From contig CM059432.1 of the NCBI GenBank assembly GCA_030390025.1, positions 139,812,001 to 139,876,000 on the forward strand: DNA of 64,000 nt, read 5' to 3'. The notes below the pieces were generated by a model. It worked only from the letters and a program-made list of their open reading frames with translations, was not told the origin of the DNA and made no database searches. Shown here one piece after another: positions 63,803 to 64,000 of the stretch. The translations under genes were made by a program, and so were the position numbers. The stretch comes from Squalus acanthias (lineage: Eukaryota). Positions within the stretch are counted from its first letter, which is position 1. Every line of letters starts with the position of its first letter.

Positions 63803-64000
63803 AATAGAATCATAGAATCATACAGTACGGAAGGAGGCCATTCGGCCCATCGTGCCAGCTCTCTGAAAGAGCTATCCAATTAGTTCCCATCCTACCGCTC
63901 GTTTCTCATTACCCTGCAAAATTTTCCTTTTTAAGTAGAGATCCAATTCCCTTTTGAAAGTTACTATTGAATTTGCTTCCACCACCCTTTCAGGCAGTAC
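63803..64000 (-). mobile_element. CR1 3'-end fragment running off the window
   Basis: (ATAGAATC)n tail and GGCCATTCGGCCCATC 3'UTR. Confidence 0.88.

Overview
Vertebrate non-coding DNA dominated by transposable elements. The repeat mix (CR1 and L2 LINE fragments, Deu-type and LF-SINE-like SINEs, Penelope, RTE, Tx1, Harbinger and hAT elements) suggests a cartilaginous fish; this is inference. I cannot identify any intact host protein-coding gene. There are two CpG-rich promoter-like regions (about 23.3-24.0 kb and 53.5-54.6 kb) and several candidate minus-strand exons. Main points: (1) a near full-length single-ORF APE+RT LINE whose 5' end is a tRNA-derived SINE-like head; (2) a decayed two-gene Harbinger transposon (DDE transposase plus a spliced Myb/SANT protein with a heptad-repeat coiled coil and an internal exon-1 duplication), with three ~750-bp Harbinger-type MITEs; (3) a tandemly amplified CCAAT + CDE/CHR promoter module with 31-32 bp phasing next to a 1.4-kb G-quadruplex-prone repeat; (4) a Penelope fragment carrying a minimal hammerhead ribozyme; (5) an unexplained ~98-nt hairpin with strand-biased G-U pairs. 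Boundaries of degraded repeats are approximate.
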